Source of the DNA: Gemmatimonadota bacterium
GTDB taxonomy: Bacteria > JBHIER01 > G020348925
Length of the DNA: 64,000 bases
Reading direction: 5' to 3'
Assembly: GCA_020348925.1 (NCBI GenBank)
Contig: CP070758.1
Location: forward strand, 3,053,688-3,117,687
The stretch's first letter is position 1, and each line of letters opens with the position of its first letter. The notes beneath the pieces are model-generated. The model ran no database searches. It worked only from the letters and a program-made list of their open reading frames with translations, and was not told the DNA's origin. A program made the position numbers and the translations under genes. Shown piece after piece: positions 49,801-58,895 of this stretch.

Positions 49801-52238
49801 AAGGGGTGGTCACGAATATTCCCCGTGCCGAGGATGAGCTCACGGACGATCCTGACGTCCCGGGTGCCCACGATCCCACCGTGACCCCTTTGGTTGCAAG
49901 TGCATTTATTGAGGCCTACATGGAAGTTGAAGTTGTTGGCGGTGGCGATCTTGTGCCAGGAGGTCTCCTGAGATATACGATCACCATTGTGAACATTGGC
50001 AATCGGGGTGCTGCGAATCTCGATTACACCAATCCTATACCTGAGTACACGAGCTATGTCGATGGCAGCCTGGTGGCAAGCGCAGGGACTCTTACGGCAG
50101 GCGATCCGATTCGGGTCGTAGGTTTTTACAGTCAGCCCGGTGTCGACATCGAGATCGCTTATGAGGTGGTGGTGGACAGTCAGGTCCCCGCGGGTGTCGA
50201 TGAGATTGTGAACCAGGGTCTGGTGGAAAATGTTCCCAATCCAGGTACTGAACCGACCGATTATCCGGTCACGCCTGACGACGATGATCCGACGATCGTC
50301 CCGTTGATGGCAGCTCCCCTTATCGAGGTGACTAAGGTCGATGTTGACGTCAACGGCGGCCTCTTCGTCCAAGGAGATGTTCTTCAATATGTGGTGACAA
50401 TTACCAATGATGGCAATCAGCATGCTGGAGATCTGACCTTCCTTGATCAGAGGCCGGAACACACGCACAGTTTGACGATATTGAGTTATCCTCCGGATGC
50501 TTCGGATGCCTTCTCAGGACCGGATGAGGTGATTATTTCCGGAATCGATGTCGCTGCCGGAGATTTTGTGACCATCGTCTTTCAGGTTACCCTGGACGAT
50601 GTTATCCCGGTGGGTGTGATGGAGATTGCGAACCAGGGTTTTGTGGAGAATATTGTCTCTGACGACGCAGGACCTGTTGATGAGCCGACAGACGACCCTG
50701 CGACACCGCTTCGGGACGATGATCCGACCATCACCCCAATCGGGGCTCACATATTCTGTATTGATTACACCGACGGCACGCCTGAAGATTTTCTCATGGG
50801 TGATCCGAGAGATCCGGACCCGTCGAACGATCTCTATGCCGTGGGATTTTACAATCCTTTTGCTGCCGCGAGGCTGGTCTCAGTCGCCTTTCAGTGGTAT
50901 GATCCCGGCAGTGTCGTTTTGCGGGTCTACCTGGGTTCTGAGGAAACCTGTCCTGAGTGCGGCTCCTTGGCACCTGGGGTGAACCCACTGGGCGACCTTA
51001 TTCGTGAGATCGGGGGCGGTGATTTTGTCGGGAACTGGCAGTGGGAGGAGGTGGATATTGAAGAGTGTGTTATTATACCGCCCAAACGCTGCTTCTATCT
51101 GGTGTGGCAGATCCAATCGAGCGGAAAGCCCAGAATACTGGGTGATGCCGGTCACACCGAGTCCCATTCGTGGTACTATAACTTTGAGCGTGGTGAATGG
51201 AAATGCTTTCCCGGCTATGAGTATATGGCCAGAGTGTGCCTCGACTATATGCCGGACTGTGTGGAGATCCGTGAACCGGATATCACCTGGTCGCATCCGT
51301 ACCGGGATGGGTATCCGTGTGTGTGCGATGACTACACGGTCGAGGCGGTCTTTCACAATGATTGTCCTGAGGACAGGTCCCTGAGTGTCTCCTTTTTCGA
51401 GGCACCCTGGGGTCTCTTTATGGCACCGCCTATTGGCATGGGCGCCTATTGTATAAAGGATGTGGCCGTACCGGGCCGAGGTTCGGGAACGGCTTTATGC
51501 GAATGTGAGTATCATCACGATCCAGATCTGCACAATTGGTGGGCCCGCAATATTGTAGTGGCCTGGAGTGGTAAGGAGTGGGATGAGGTGGGGGAGTTCT
51601 GCCTGGGGGATGTGACGCGATTCGCTCGACGGTGCCGGATGACAATCTGGCCGGACGGGCCGTGGGACAAGGAGCCTGTCAGATGGGGGCTGGCGCCCAT
51701 CACCATACCTGTGCACAACGAGCATACCGAGGAGATGCGGTTCGAGCTTTCGGTCGTCGATCTGCCGGACTATTGGCGAGCCTTTTTAAGTTGGACGCAG
51801 GGGACGTTGTCTCCGGCTGAAACGCGAAATGTGTATTTAACAGTATTTCCCGATGGCCCGGAGCCGACTGAGCCCGTTGTTCTTACGGTGAAGGCGTTCA
51901 AGTGCAACGGGGAGTGGGGTGAGGTCGAGATCGAGTTCATGCCGTATCCGAAGCACTTCTACCTCGGACCTGATGATCGGCCTGTCCAACCGGTGCATGT
52001 GGAGCGGCTGCAGTGGAGCCCGCGGTATCCGTGCGAGAACATGCCGTACGATGTTTGGGTGACGGTGGTCAACGACGGGCCCAACAGCGCCTATCCCAAG
52101 ATCAGCTTCGGTCTGGCGGAGTGGGGTTTCTTCTTCCCGTCCATTGAGGGTTCTGTGTACGACACGGTCCTGTGGGGCGGCATCGGAGGGTTTGCCCGTC
52201 AGGTGGTGGCCCCGTATCATTACCAGACGCCGTGGTTC
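46842..52238 (+). CDS. Large secreted adhesin-like protein: vWA, 7 DUF11-like repeats, Cys/Trp-rich region; 3'-truncated by a gap
   Basis: RBS GGAGG, signal peptide, MIDAS DISST..TNI..LSDG; repeats I.K...PG..L.YTI...N.G...D.....N. Confidence 0.85.
48390..49469 (+). repeat. Three tandem 360-bp repeats (DUF11 units)
   Basis: Units start at 48390, 48750 and 49110 (SAP.L.ITK...DPV.AGG); units 2 and 3 share long identical nucleotide stretches. Confidence 0.9.
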
Positions 52239-52338
52239 NNNNNNNNNNNNNNNNNNNNNNNNNNNNNNNNNNNNNNNNNNNNNNNNNNNNNNNNNNNNNN
52301 NNNNNNNNNNNNNNNNNNNNNNNNNNNNNNNNNNNNNN
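52239..52338. other. Assembly gap / contig spacer (100 N)
   Basis: Run of N. Confidence 0.99.
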
Positions 52339-53721
52339 GCCACGAATCCGGTCACCGGAAAACGGGAGTTCATGCTTATGAGCGAATCCCAGGAAATACA
52401 ACTTGGCCGTGAAACCGATCCTCAAATTATAGCCTCTTACGGATTGTACCAGGACGATGCGCTCACCCGCTATATCGACGATCTCGGTCAGAGGATGGCC
52501 GTAATCTCCCATCGCCCACAGCTCCAGTTTACCTTCCGGGTTCTCGACAGCCCTGTGGTGAATGCCTTCGCTGTACCCGGAGGATACGTCTACGTTACTC
52601 GCGGCATTCTATCCTTTATGAACAACGAGGCCGAGCTGGCCGCGGTACTCGCTCACGAGATCGGTCATATCACGGCCAGGCACACGGCTCAACAATACAG
52701 CAAGGCTCAGCTGGCCGGTCTCGGACTGGGCGTGGGTCAGATACTCTCCGAGAATTTTCGAAAATACGCCGGCTACGCCGAATTCGGCGTCGGGCTCCTC
52801 TTCCTGCGGTTCAGCCGGGACAACGAGCGCCAGGCCGATCAGCTCGGTGTCGAATACTCATCGAAAGTCGGCTACGATGCCACTAAAATGGCGGATTTCT
52901 TCACAAGCCTGGAACGACTGGCCGGGGGTGCGGAGCAGGGTGGTTTGCCGGGCTGGTTCTCAACCCATCCGAATCCCGCCGACAGGGTCGCCGCGACTCG
53001 AAGAATGGCTAGAGAATGGCAGGGGAAACTGGCCACTGGCGAGTGGAACGTGAACAGGGATCAGTATTTCGATACAATAGACGGACTCGTTTACGGTGAA
53101 GACCCGAGACAGGGTTTTGTCGAAAAGAACACTTTTTACCACCCCAGCCTCCGTTTCCAATTCCCCGTTCCTGAAGGCTGGAACGTCACCAATCTGCCGA
53201 CACAAGTCCAGATCGCACCCGAGGCCCAGGATGCGATCATCATGCTGACCCTTGAAGAGGGCACAAATCCCGGAATCGCAGCCCAGAAATTCGCGGAAAA
53301 GACAGGAGCGACAATCCATTCTTCCCAGGAGGTAACGGTCAATGGCCTTCAGGCACACTCTCTTCTCTCGAACGTCCAATCCGGCGAGACCAACCTGAAC
53401 CTTCTCTCCTACTTCATCGCCAAAGACAACCACATCTTTATCCTCCACGGCTTGAGCACACCGGACCGCTTTGCCGCGCATAGAAACACTTTCTCCCACA
53501 CGATGACAAACTTCTCGACCCTCGATGAGCCCCACATTGTGAACGTCGAGCCGAACAGAATACAAATTGTAAGAGTAAAGGAAACAGCATCTTTCAGGAC
53601 AATCCTGAATGCCTTCACCCAGGACGAGGACCGGCAAAAAGATCTGGCATTGCTGAATGGGGTCACGTTGGATGAAACCACCACCACCGGGACTCCATTT
53701 AAAATAACCACTTCAAAATAG
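52339..53721 (+). CDS. M48 family zinc metalloprotease (BepA/YfgC-like), 5'-truncated
   Basis: ATNPVTG, VNAFAVPGG, HEIGH, FSRDNERQAD, STHP. Confidence 0.9.
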   Translation, partial: ATNPVTGKREFMLMSESQEIQLGRETDPQIIASYGLYQDDALTRYIDDLGQRMAVISHRPQLQFTFRVLDSPVVNAFAVPGGYVYVTRGILSFMNNEAELAAVLAHEIGHITARHTAQQYSKAQLAGLGLGVGQILSENFRKYAGYAEFGVGLLFLRFSRDNERQADQLGVEYSSKVGYDATKMADFFTSLERLAGGAEQGGLPGWFSTHPNPADRVAATRRMAREWQGKLATGEWNVNRDQYFDTIDGLVYGEDPRQGFVEKNTFYHPSLRFQFPVPEGWNVTNLPTQVQIAPEAQDAIIMLTLEEGTNPGIAAQKFAEKTGATIHSSQEVTVNGLQAHSLLSNVQSGETNLNLLSYFIAKDNHIFILHGLSTPDRFAAHRNTFSHTMTNFSTLDEPHIVNVEPNRIQIVRVKETASFRTILNAFTQDEDRQKDLALLNGVTLDETTTTGTPFKITTSK

Positions 53722-53971
53722 AGTCTGATGAGACGGCGAGCCACGATGCCCGCGGCGGCGCGGCCCGTTGTGTCATTCTGTGCATCTTTGTGGCTTTGTA
53801 TAATTTTTCGTGCATCCTTGCGGAGAGAGAACCGTACCGACGAAACGGACCTTACAAGCTCTCCCGTGATCCCCGTAAAAAGAGTTGATTGTCACCCTCG
53901 GTACTCTTATCTTTATGCACTAAGTGCATGAAGTATATAGTATCTGTAGCATCAAAGGGGAGTCTGTCCTG

Positions 53972-54634
53972 ATGGTGGAGTTTGACCGTGTTTTTTTAAA
54001 ATATACAAATTGGAATATTCTTGAGAACGTCTCATTTCGGATTGAGCGAGGCGAGTTTGTTTTTCTCACAGGTCCCTGCGGAGTGGGAAAAAGTACGATC
54101 CTTCGTCTCATCTACATGGCCGATTTTCCCACTCAGGGTCGTGTACGAGTCGACACCTTCCATTCAGATTCCGTTGGGCGCAAGGAGATACCTCTGCTAC
54201 GGCGCAAACTCGGGATCGTTTTTCAGGACTTCAAACTGCTCACCGACAGAAGCGTCCTCCAAAACGTGGCCTTTGCTTTACGAGTGACAGGCACGAAAAA
54301 GAGCGAGATAAAAAAGAGGGCTCTGCACGCCCTCACATCAGTTGGACTGCACCATAAACGCAATGCCATGCCCTTGGAGCTGTCCGGAGGAGAACAACAG
54401 CGAGTGGTCATTGCCAGAGCCATAGTCAACGAGCCCTTTCTCCTTCTTGCCGATGAGCCGACCGGAAATCTTGACGGTCAAGCGGCATCTGATATTCTTG
54501 ACTTACTGGAAACGATCAATGCTCGTGGAACTGCCGTCTTAGTGGCAACGCACAACGATCATGACATTGAAAGCCATCGCCATCGTACCCTCCGCCTTGT
54601 GGACGGGAGATTGAGTGAATTGGGGGCGGTTTGA
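53972..54634 (+). CDS. ftsE: Cell division ATP-binding protein FtsE
   Basis: [34 protein letters not shown]; upstream of ftsX. Confidence 0.93.
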   Translation: MVEFDRVFLKYTNWNILENVSFRIERGEFVFLTGPCGVGKSTILRLIYMADFPTQGRVRVDTFHSDSVGRKEIPLLRRKLGIVFQDFKLLTDRSVLQNVAFALRVTGTKKSEIKKRALHALTSVGLHHKRNAMPLELSGGEQQRVVIARAIVNEPFLLLADEPTGNLDGQAASDILDLLETINARGTAVLVATHNDHDIESHRHRTLRLVDGRLSELGAV

Positions 54635-54761
54635 AGAAATCTTGACATTCATGCCTACCGAACCGAATGAAATCAAACCTTGCCTTCAATCGGAGAAGCG
54701 CATGGAAATTTGAGAGACAACTTTTCACAGATATTTTCATAAATTCCGACCGGTTTTCCAT

Positions 54762-55616
54762 ATGGGATATATTTTCAAGGAAGCTCTTCGAGGTCTGAAA
54801 CAGTCGGGTGGAACCGCCGCCCTGTGCGTATCGTCCATCGGGCTGTCACTTCTCATATTCGGACTTTTCTTAATGGTCACGGTGAACGTGCGAGAAACCG
54901 TCCAACGTCTCCGCGAAAAGGTAGAAATCGAGATTTTCCTAAAGGATACGGTAACGATCGAAGAAGCGCATACCTTTCTCGAAAAGATCAGAGGGCAGGA
55001 AGGTGTTATGGAAGCCGTTTACATTTCAAAAGAAGCGGCACTGCGCGATGCCCCTATCGACAGCGTCTACATCAATGCTGTGGGATCAAACCCGTTACCG
55101 GCATCAATTCGGGTACGACTGATGGAGGATTACCGATCGTCACATGGAATCGCACGCGTCGTCGGAAATATTGAAAATGCACCCGGTATCGAGGAAATTG
55201 CTTCCGGAAGCCAGTGGACTCAACAACTGGACCGATACATTCTTATACTCTCTGTGGCAACCATTATTGTCGGTCTTATCTTCGGACTGGCTTCAACGCT
55301 CGTTATCTCCAACACTGTCCAATTGACTATTTTTTCCCGCCGGGAGATCATTTCCATCATGCAGCTTATTGGTGCAAAGGACGGCTTTATCCGAGGTCCT
55401 TTCGTTGTCGAGGGAACAGTGGCAGGCGTTCTGGGCGGGATGTTCTCCGTGGGAGGGCTCACTGCTCTCCACTGGGCAGCCCAACAGAAGCTGAATCTGC
55501 TTCTCCCTCTCGGTCCATATACTCTATTGATGCTCATTCTTCTCGGCGGTCTCTTGGGAGCTCTGGGCAGCAATTATTCGGTCGGTAAATTCTTGAAGAC
55601 CTACAGGACTCCATAA
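54762..55616 (+). CDS. ftsX: Cell division permease FtsX
   Basis: ISKEAAL, NPLPAS, ISNTVQL...RREI.IMQLIGA...FI..PF..EG. Confidence 0.92.
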   Translation: MGYIFKEALRGLKQSGGTAALCVSSIGLSLLIFGLFLMVTVNVRETVQRLREKVEIEIFLKDTVTIEEAHTFLEKIRGQEGVMEAVYISKEAALRDAPIDSVYINAVGSNPLPASIRVRLMEDYRSSHGIARVVGNIENAPGIEEIASGSQWTQQLDRYILILSVATIIVGLIFGLASTLVISNTVQLTIFSRREIISIMQLIGAKDGFIRGPFVVEGTVAGVLGGMFSVGGLTALHWAAQQKLNLLLPLGPYTLLMLILLGGLLGALGSNYSVGKFLKTYRTP

Positions 55617-55625
55617 GGTGTTCCC

Positions 55626-56828
55626 ATGATCCGCATGCAAAGAAAATTATTATGGTCATCTCTCCTGCATGTATCGTTCGCCTGTGCACTTCTCGCACAA
55701 CAGGCAGACATCGATGAGAAGATCACCCGTAAGGAGGGAAGCTTGAAGGAGATTCGTGCGCAAATTGAAGCGTGCAGACAGGAATTGGATCAGCTGCACG
55801 GCGTTGAAATGGGTATTTTGGATTCTCTGCAAATCGCCGAACAGGAGCTCACGTTAGTCCGGACGTTTCTTTCACGGTTGAACTCGCGTCAAAAAGAACT
55901 GAAAAAAGAGATTGATCTGGTGCAAACGGATTTCGCAGCGACACAAGAGCGCCTTGAAATCCTTCGTCGGAAGCTCGCCCTGAGGCTCCGCGACATATAC
56001 AAACGTCGCCGAGGAGAACACCCGTTGGAGACTCTCATGACGGCCGCTTCGCCTGTCACTCTCTTCCGGCAGTATAAATACTTACACGCGGCGGCGGAGA
56101 CCGACAAAACGATTCTACTCGAAGTGGAACGTGACCAAGTTCGGTTGGAGAAAATCCAGGTTGAACTCGAAACAAAACACTCTGAGAACAGAAAGCTCCT
56201 TCTCGAAAAGGAGCAGGAGGAGAAGAGGGTCAAAATACTTCAATCGCAGCGACGTCGCCACCTGGAGGTGGTCAGAACGCAAGTCAGCGTATCGACACAA
56301 GCCATGAAGGAACTGGAGGAGGAGGCCAAACTCATGGCGACCATCATCGCGAGGCTGGAGAAAGAACGACGCCGCATCCTTGCCCAAAAGCAGGCTGAGG
56401 GGATAGAAGTGGTCTCAGGAGATTTTGCCCAGTATCGGGGGCAACTTCCCTGGCCCACAAAAGGTCACATCCTTTCTACCTTTGGACCCCATCGTCATCC
56501 CATCTTTAAAACGACAACCCTCAACAAAGGTATCGATATTCAAGCCCCTTACGGATCTCACATTTTCGCCGTGGCGTCAGGCAACGTCATCATGATCGAC
56601 TGGCTCAGAGGATATGGAAAATTTCTCATTATCGATCATCAGTGCGGCTATTACACGCTCTATGCTCACGCTTCGGAAATTTTCGTAGAGGAGAACGATC
56701 ACGTTATGGGTGGTGAAATCATCGCCAAGGTAGGTGATACGGGTTCCCTCCAGGGTGCCATGCTCCACTTTGAAATCAGAGAGGGGAAAAACGAAGTCGA
56801 TCCCATGCTGTGGCTGAGGAAGGAGTGA
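55626..56828 (+). CDS. envC: Murein hydrolase activator EnvC-like (coiled coil + degenerate M23)
   Basis: Signal peptide, long coiled coil, LPWP..G, NKGIDI (no catalytic His), YAH, LHFEIR; follows ftsEX. Confidence 0.85.
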   Translation: MIRMQRKLLWSSLLHVSFACALLAQQADIDEKITRKEGSLKEIRAQIEACRQELDQLHGVEMGILDSLQIAEQELTLVRTFLSRLNSRQKELKKEIDLVQTDFAATQERLEILRRKLALRLRDIYKRRRGEHPLETLMTAASPVTLFRQYKYLHAAAETDKTILLEVERDQVRLEKIQVELETKHSENRKLLLEKEQEEKRVKILQSQRRRHLEVVRTQVSVSTQAMKELEEEAKLMATIIARLEKERRRILAQKQAEGIEVVSGDFAQYRGQLPWPTKGHILSTFGPHRHPIFKTTTLNKGIDIQAPYGSHIFAVASGNVIMIDWLRGYGKFLIIDHQCGYYTLYAHASEIFVEENDHVMGGEIIAKVGDTGSLQGAMLHFEIREGKNEVDPMLWLRKE

Positions 56829-56830
56829 AC

Positions 56831-57895
56831 GTGGCTTTTGAGGAGATCATCGGGCAAAAGAGAGTGAAAGAAATCCTTGCAGCGTCGGCTCACAAGAATC
56901 GTATTCCCCATGCTTTCCTGTTCTATGGTCCTGAAGGAGTGGGAAAGGATGCCATGGCATGTGCTCTGGCCAAGCACCTCAACTGTTCCGATCCTCCATG
57001 TCACACATGTTCGTCCTGTCTCAAGATATCGAAAGGCCAGCACCCTGATGTGAAGATGTTGTTTCCCCATCCATCCTCTTTAAAGCCGGAGGAGATTGGG
57101 GCACTCATCCGTGAAAAAGCCCAGCAACCTTACGGGAAGGCGACCTTCACCAAGCAAGCCTCGATATCCATCGAGACGGTCAGGGAACTGCAGAGGACAC
57201 TCCCCTACAGACCTTACGAAGGCACATACAAAGTGGTGATCATGAGTGACGCCGATAAAATGACGATCGAGGCCGCCAATGCACTTCTCAAGACTCTGGA
57301 AGAACCGCCAGCAGCGACACTCCTCATTTTGACGACGGGCCGGCCTCACGCGCTTCTGCCGACCATTGTCTCCCGCTGTCAGAAGGTTCGTTTTGATCCG
57401 TTGAAGGATGAGGAGGTCGAAAAAGTCCTGATTGAAAAACACGAGGCAGATCCGGCCAAAGCGCGTTTCGCCTCCCGCTTGGCAGCGGGGAACTACTGGA
57501 AAGCCCAGGAGTTTTTAAATGAAGACATTCATCGCCTCAGGGACGAGGCGCTCAACATATTCGTCACCGCAATGTCAGGGGGGATAGCACAGATCGTGGA
57601 GACGGCCGCAGGCATAACGAACCGTTTTTACGGTGACGAATTGAAGGACGTGTTGCGTATTGCCCTCCTGTGGTCTCGGGATCTTCTCCTGCTCCATGAA
57701 AAGAAGGAGGACAGGGAGATTGTCAATATCGACCGTATCACAGCCCTGCGGAAATACATTGAGCAATATTCGTCCTCCGAGATCCACAATTGGATCGATG
57801 AGCTCAAAGAAACGCTCGAGTTGATTGATAGGAATGTCAATCAACATCTGGCTCTCATCGGATTGATGCTGCAATTGGAAAAGAGAAAAATCTGA
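56831..57895 (+). CDS. holB: DNA polymerase III subunit delta'
   Basis: HAFLFYGPEGVGK, C..C..C..C, HPD, AANALLKTLEEPP, TIVSRCQ. Confidence 0.93.
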   Translation: MAFEEIIGQKRVKEILAASAHKNRIPHAFLFYGPEGVGKDAMACALAKHLNCSDPPCHTCSSCLKISKGQHPDVKMLFPHPSSLKPEEIGALIREKAQQPYGKATFTKQASISIETVRELQRTLPYRPYEGTYKVVIMSDADKMTIEAANALLKTLEEPPAATLLILTTGRPHALLPTIVSRCQKVRFDPLKDEEVEKVLIEKHEADPAKARFASRLAAGNYWKAQEFLNEDIHRLRDEALNIFVTAMSGGIAQIVETAAGITNRFYGDELKDVLRIALLWSRDLLLLHEKKEDREIVNIDRITALRKYIEQYSSSEIHNWIDELKETLELIDRNVNQHLALIGLMLQLEKRKI

Positions 57896-57910
57896 GATAA
57901 AATCTTCGAA

Positions 57911-58762
57911 ATGGAGAACAAGAGCATGATTGAAATATTGGAAGTGGCATTCAAACGAGAACGCAAAGAGTACTATCTAAATAACCTCAATATCCCCTTC
58001 ACTATAGGTGACTACGCTATTGTCTCTGCTGAGAGGGGAGAAGATATGGGTCGTGTTTTTCAAAAGGGAAGACTCCCCCAGCCGAAAAAGGGACGGGAGC
58101 CGTTAGAGAACGTTCTCCGTAAGGCAACGGAAGAGGATCAAAACAAATTGCTGGAATTGAGAAATAAAGAGGGAGGCATTTTTCGAACGTGCAAAGCGAA
58201 GATCGAAGAGCACGGGCTGGCCATGAAGCTCGTCGACGTCGAATATCGTTTTGATGCTCATAAAATCACTTTTTATTTCACAGCGGACAAGAGAATCGAC
58301 TTTCGAGCCCTGGTGAAAGATTTGGCCGCAATTTATCGCACCCGTATTGAGATGCACCAGATTGGCGTCAGAGAGGAAGCTCGCCGCGTCGGGGGATACG
58401 GATGCTGCGGATTGAAACTGTGTTGCACGACCGTCATTGAGGATTTCGACCCTGTGACGACGCAAATGGCCAAGGATCAAAATCTCATTCTGACACCGTC
58501 AAAACTTTCCGGAGTATGCGGCCGCCTCATGTGTTGCCTGGCCTATGAATGGAATCTGTATAAAGCCGAGATGGAGCGATTCCCCCAAGTCGGGAAAAAA
58601 ATTACGACGGAGAAGGGAAAAGGGAAAATTGAACGGGCCGACATCTTTCGAAATCTGATTTACATCAGCTACGAAAGCGGAGGGGAGGAGAAAATAACCT
58701 TGGAAAAATACGAAAATCTCAAAAAGAAAAAGAAAGGTGCCCCCGAACAAGCGAAGACATGA
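57911..58762 (+). CDS. ricT: PSP1-domain protein (RicT/YaaT family)
   Basis: FYFTADKRIDFRALVKDLA, GCCGLKLCC, KLSGVCGRLMCCLAYE. Confidence 0.9.
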   Translation: MENKSMIEILEVAFKRERKEYYLNNLNIPFTIGDYAIVSAERGEDMGRVFQKGRLPQPKKGREPLENVLRKATEEDQNKLLELRNKEGGIFRTCKAKIEEHGLAMKLVDVEYRFDAHKITFYFTADKRIDFRALVKDLAAIYRTRIEMHQIGVREEARRVGGYGCCGLKLCCTTVIEDFDPVTTQMAKDQNLILTPSKLSGVCGRLMCCLAYEWNLYKAEMERFPQVGKKITTEKGKGKIERADIFRNLIYISYESGGEEKITLEKYENLKKKKKGAPEQAKT

Positions 58763-58895
58763 CACCCGGACGGCTCACGAACCTTATCTCGTTCGACGGT
58801 TTGCCAAGCGGCCCAGAAAAGGCTTGCCGTCACTCTCTATCTGCCATATTTTTAAAGTGTTCAAAGAATAGTCAGGACTCTCCAAAGGAGCGTTT

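Noticed and set aside
48144-50468. 774-aa antisense ORF
   Set aside because: His/Arg-rich mirror of the Val/Asp/Thr-rich DUF11 repeats; a shadow ORF.
52144-52412. ORF-track fusions across the second gap (start 52144; end 52412)
   Set aside because: Artefacts of translating through Ns.
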